From NCBI GenBank assembly GCA_000004985.1, contig GG739411.1: a DNA stretch of 1,476 nt. One strand, written 5' to 3'. This document shows positions 1 through 1,476 of the stretch, piece by piece. Position 1 is the stretch's first letter. Every line of letters begins with the position of its first letter. The position numbers and the translations under genes were made by a program. The stretch comes from Naegleria gruberi (taxonomy: Eukaryota). The notes beneath the pieces were generated by a model. It worked only from the letters and a program-made list of their open reading frames with translations. It searched no databases and was not told the origin of the DNA.

Positions 1-101
1 TGCTGCATAACACACAACAATGTGGAAATCAATAATAAGCGATGTGTGGCGCATGTTCATTGGTTGAAATAAAAGAAGATGCCTTGCTATTCGCAAAGTA
101 G

Positions 102-119
102 AATGCCAATGTTTGCATT
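102..119. repeat. 18-bp near-palindrome AATGCCAATGTTTGCATT
   Basis: Seven of 8 arm positions are complementary (aatgccaa versus tttgcatt) around a central tg. The right arm is the reverse complement of ATGCAAA, an octamer-like ATGCAAAT core. Confidence 0.4.
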
Positions 120-181
120 TTCAATCTTTATTTAAATGGATGCTACTGTAATGTAAGGAAGCTTCAAAATTTATCAAAACT

Positions 182-400
182 CTAAATGGATATTGTTCTT
201 AATTTGAAACTGTGGTTTCTGTTTGATAATGTGCACAATCTGACAAAGCCACTGCTTAGCAACAAAATGTTCAACAACTCACTCAACCTTTGAGGGATTA
301 TTCCATAATATTGATGGTTGATAGGGAGAGCCATTATTACATCAACCCAAATTGCAAAATGAATAACAAAGGTAGGTTGATAAATTGCATTCTTTTTCAT
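182..400 (-). CDS. hypothetical small ORF (72 aa), probably spurious / non-coding
   Basis: This is the only complete ATG-to-stop ORF in the six-frame track. The product (MKKNAIYQPTFVIHF...) has no recognisable domain or motif. The opposite strand is also open over the same DNA (ATG at 186 to TGA at 291-293, 35 aa), so this segment is open on both strands by chance. The local GC content is slightly higher than in the rest of the window. There is no flanking gene context. Confidence 0.12.
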   Translation of the reverse strand: MKKNAIYQPTFVIHFAIWVDVIMALPINHQYYGIIPQRLSELLNILLLSSGFVRLCTLSNRNHSFKLRTISI

Positions 401-465
401 TACACTTAGAATATTAAAACCTGTAATTTATTCTGGTGATAGTAGACATTTCTTATACTCTAATA

Positions 466-496
466 TCTTTTATTTTCCTCTTTTTGTTGTTTTCCC
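466..496 (+). repeat. T-rich polypyrimidine tract
   Basis: tctttttattttcctctttttgttgttttccc is 31 nt long and has only 3 purines. Confidence 0.6.
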
Positions 497-763
497 ATGG
501 AGAATAATTGTAAAGTTTCTATCATTAACATGGTAAATCTTCAATATGTAAAATTACCACAAAAGATATTTATTAGGTAGAGAGTGGATAGTTTACATGC
601 TTCTTGTCATGTTTCCGAGTGTAAAAGTAATCAACATCATAAGAAACTTAATAAAAACATCAATTATTCAGATATACATTTAATAATTAAATAAACATTA
701 TACGTTGTTGTTTTATTATTGTTTAATTTGTAATTGGGCCATGAATCAACTCTGGTAGATGAA

Positions 764-791
764 ATATCGGAACTTGGCAAATTGATAAGAT
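764..791 (+). repeat. dispersed direct repeat, copy A (TATCggAACTTGgcAAATTGATAAGAT)
   Basis: Copy A at 764-791 is tatcggaacttggcaaattgataagat. Copy B at 925-954 is tatcataacttgaccaaaattgataagat. The two share TATC..AACTTG and then an identical 13-mer AAATTGATAAGAT (779-791 and 942-954), with a 2-nt indel between them. The 13-mer contains GATAAG. Confidence 0.6.
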
Positions 792-826
792 GATGAAAAT
801 CTGATAATAAATATGATGTTTATTAT

Positions 827-838
827 CTATTTAAATAG
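827..838. repeat. perfect 12-bp palindrome CTATTTAAATAG (TATA-like)
   Basis: ctatttaaatag is its own reverse complement and lies immediately upstream of the GTAC cluster. It is AT-only apart from its ends, so it is only moderately surprising in 70% AT DNA. Confidence 0.4.
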
Positions 839-840
839 TA

Positions 841-918
841 GTACTAAAAGACATGATTCAAGTTGGTGAAGTACATGTTGAGTTATGGTCCATGTACTTT
901 TTCAAAATTCACATGTAC
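841..918. promoter_or_regulatory. cluster of four GTAC-core motifs (palindromic CATGTAC three times, AGTACT once) with a 9-bp hairpin
   Basis: GTAC occurs at 841-844 (within agtactaaa), 871-874, 894-897 and 915-918. My manual scan found no other GTAC in the window. GTACATG lies at 871-877, CATGTAC at 891-897 and again at 912-918. An inverted repeat aagtacatg (869-877) pairs with catgtactt (891-899) across a 13-nt spacer. The assignment to a regulatory function is inference only. Confidence 0.35.
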
Positions 919-924
919 CTATCC

Positions 925-954
925 CTATCATAACTTGACCAAAATTGATAAGAT
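925..954 (+). repeat. dispersed direct repeat, copy B (TATCatAACTTGaccaAAATTGATAAGAT)
   Basis: See copy A. Copy B lies 161 bp downstream, the same spacing scale as the roughly 156-bp duplication at 1064/1220. Confidence 0.6.
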
Positions 955-1141
955 AAAGTTCTCCTACCTACTATTGACTATTCCGAACAATGCTACATTG
1001 ACAGTTTTCCAACTTATCCAGTAGATCCAGCGGTGATGATGAATTTAGTGAAAATTTTGACATTTCACCAAAATTACATTACTAAAAATTAATTTCCACA
1101 AATACTATTATTATATTGATGGAAAACAATAATGATGATGG

Positions 1142-1227
1142 TTGGTGAATGATCCGATGATGGAACACCAAATTGTGATTTTCCATCATGAAAAATAAAT
1201 TCCAATTTCATGATGATAATTCACCAA
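1142..1227. repeat. imperfect inverted repeat (foldback) with a nested perfect 9-bp hairpin
   Basis: The left arm at 1142-1165 is ttggtgaatgatccgatgatggaa. The reverse complement of the right arm at 1207-1227 is ttggtgaattatcatcatgaa. The first 9 of 9 bases match (TTGGTGAAT), then ATC matches, then ATGATGG aligns with TCATGAA with an indel. This gives about 19 of 24 matches. The nested perfect stem is atgatggaa (1157-1165) paired with ttccatcat (1181-1189), with a 15-nt loop caccaaattgtgatt. The flanking AATAAT (1128-1133) and ATTATT (1240-1245) extend the foldback to about 118 nt. Confidence 0.55.
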
Positions 1228-1248
1228 TAAAAATTACTATTATTACTA

Positions 1249-1256
1249 TTATATAG
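1249..1256 (+). promoter_or_regulatory. TATA-box-like motif TTATATAG
   Basis: A consensus-like TATATA(G) lies at 1250-1256, about 160 bp upstream of the CT-rich tract. A second weaker TATA-like TATTTTTAT lies at 1392-1400, about 15-20 bp upstream of the tract. The match is to the motif only, and TATA-like strings are frequent by chance in AT-rich DNA. Confidence 0.2.
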
Positions 1257-1315
1257 ATCATGTTGAGATGATGATGTGAAAGTTTGGTGGTTTCATGATG
1301 TAAAACCGCTCCGAG

Positions 1316-1341
1316 AATGGTCATGTCCATAGAGGACCATT
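1316..1341. other. short hairpin AATGGTC-N12-GACCATT inside the only GC-richer patch of the 3' half
   Basis: aatggtc (1316-1322) pairs with gaccatt (1335-1341), with a 12-nt loop atgtccatagag. The patch at 1303-1343 (aaccgctccgagaatggtcatgtccatagaggaccatttg) is noticeably GC-richer than its surroundings. A 7-bp stem alone is weak evidence. Confidence 0.25.
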
Positions 1342-1413
1342 TGTTGAATATTTTTTGATTCTTTTAACGCAATTTTCGAAATAAACGCACCTATTTTTAT
1401 TTTCAACACCTCA

Positions 1414-1476
1414 TTTTTTCTTGGCTTTCTTCTTTTGCTTGTTGGTTTCTTTGACTTGTTTCTTCTTCTTCTTTTG
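1414..1476 (+). repeat. CT-rich polypyrimidine microsatellite-like tract (TTTCTT/CTT units), runs off the window end
   Basis: The tract reads tttttcttggctttcttcttttgcttgttggtttctttgacttgtttcttcttcttcttttg directly. Nearly all bases are pyrimidines, with tandem CTT units at 1461-1472. Its complement is a GAA/AAG-rich tract. Confidence 0.8.

Larger units (their letters stand above)
1020..1310. repeat. cluster of degenerate short repeats sharing the motifs GATGATG, TTGGTGAA/TTCACCAA, TTCATGATG and AAATTAC-TATTATTA, including a direct duplication offset by about 156 bp
   Basis: Block 1064-1140 reads ttcaccaaaattacattactaaaaattaatttccacaaatactattattatattgatggaaaacaataatgatgatg. Block 1220-1276 reads ttcaccaataaaaattactattattactattatatagatcatgttgagatgatgatg. 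The two align as TTCACCAA..AAATTAC, then a roughly 28-bp indel, then TATTATTA..TAT.GAT...GATGATG. Both are followed by a TTGGTG motif (1142-1147 and 1284-1289) and by (T)CATGATG. GATGATG occurs at 1034, 1134, 1156 and 1267. TTCATGATG occurs at 1206-1214 and 1292-1300, and on the minus strand at 1185-1193. Confidence 0.5.

Noticed and set aside
1-72. A 23-codon open frame entering from the 5' edge on the plus strand (CCITHNNVEINNKRCVAHVHWLK*), with an AATAAA overlapping the stop at 68-73. This could be the C-terminus and polyadenylation signal of an upstream gene.
   Set aside because: Twenty-three codons without a stop has roughly a 20% chance expectation here. There is no recognisable protein motif, and AATAAA is common in AT-rich DNA. 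This cannot be supported without upstream sequence.
640-720. An extremely AT-rich stretch of about 15% GC (ttaataattaaataaacattatacgttgttgttttattattg), considered as a possible matrix-attachment or origin-like element.
   Set aside because: It has only compositional bias and near-palindromic AT words, and no discrete repeated element or defined motif. This is common in plant-like intergenic DNA and not testable from sequence alone.
788-804. A C/D-box snoRNA-like pairing, with RUGAUGA (atgatga, 789-795) followed by CUGA (801-804). UGAUGA-like words also occur at 1033-1039, 1132-1138 and 1156-1162.
   Set aside because: The C-like and D-like boxes at 789-804 are only 5 nt apart, which leaves no room for a guide region. 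The other UGAUGA words have no CUGA within 60-100 nt. CTGA occurs only at 240 and 801 on the plus strand, and once on the minus strand near 668. No terminal stem brackets a 70-100-nt unit. The UGAUGA abundance is explained by the GATGATG repeat motif.
21-1100. DnaA-box-like words ATTTCCACA (1092-1100, and reverse complement at 21-29), TTATCCAGT (1012-1020) and GTGGATAGT (585-593). These suggested a bacterial oriC with an AT-rich DNA-unwinding element.
   Set aside because: None is a perfect TTWTNCACA 9-mer; each has 1-2 mismatches. There is no cluster with the characteristic spacing and no flanking dnaA or dnaN coding sequence. The window otherwise looks eukaryotic. TTCCA-containing words are simply frequent in the local repeats.
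1128-1245. A plant miRNA precursor call for the long foldback.
   Set aside because: The longest continuous duplex is 9 bp, and the arms contain large asymmetric internal loops. Plant MIR hairpins need a roughly 21-nt, near-perfect miRNA/miRNA* duplex. It is kept only as a foldback-repeat observation.
1296-1475. A 60-codon open frame on the minus strand running in from the window edge (KRRRRNKSKKPTSKRRKPRKNEVLKIKIGAFISKIALKESKNIQQMVLYGHDHSRSGFTS*).
   Set aside because: Its openness is largely a by-product of the purine-rich AAG/AGA tract, where few stop codons are possible. The product is low-complexity basic sequence. Chance probability of such a run in 30% GC DNA is about 1% per start position, which is not remarkable over six frames. 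An alternative frame over the same tract ends at a TGA at 1411-1413. No independent coding signal is present.
1-1476. A search for CRISPR arrays, tRNA or rRNA genes, insertion-sequence termini, integrase attachment sites, and operon-like gene arrays.
   Set aside because: There are no regularly spaced identical direct repeats of 24-40 bp. There are no tRNA-like acceptor or T-arm features such as GGTTCGAA-type T-loops. There is no long ORF. The only repeats are degenerate and irregularly spaced.

Overview
This 1476-bp window is AT-rich (about 30% GC by eye, falling to about 15% GC around 640-720) and has essentially no credible protein-coding content. The six-frame track gives a single 72-aa ATG-to-stop ORF (182-400, minus strand). 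Its product has no recognisable motif, and it lies in a segment where the opposite strand is also open, so I treat it as probably spurious. There are no rRNA, tRNA, CRISPR or operon-like features. The sequence does not look prokaryotic, since bacterial DNA rarely goes about 1.4 kb without a gene. It reads like eukaryotic intergenic or promoter-proximal DNA, most likely from a plant nuclear genome, although the organism cannot be determined from the sequence alone. What is actually visible is as follows. (1) A cluster of degenerate, motif-sharing short repeats spans about 1020-1310 and is built from GATGATG, TTGGTGAA/TTCACCAA, TTCATGATG and CCAAATTG units. It includes a direct duplication offset by about 156 bp and an imperfect foldback at 1142-1227 with a nested perfect 9-bp hairpin. 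(2) A 21-29-bp dispersed direct repeat carrying AAATTGATAAGAT occurs at 764-791 and 925-954, spaced 161 bp apart. (3) A tight cluster of four GTAC-core palindromic motifs (CATGTAC three times) lies at 841-918, and these are the only GTAC tetramers in the window. (4) Several short palindromes and a T-rich polypyrimidine tract are present. (5) A CT-rich (CTT)n-like tract runs off the 3' end of the window. On the plus strand it resembles a plant 5' leader downstream of a TATATAG TATA-like motif. On the minus strand it reads as a lysine-rich C-terminus ending at a TGA. I cannot decide between these two readings from the sequence alone. I found no evidence of a novel biological system. The findings are regulatory or repeat hypotheses, each with a stated test.
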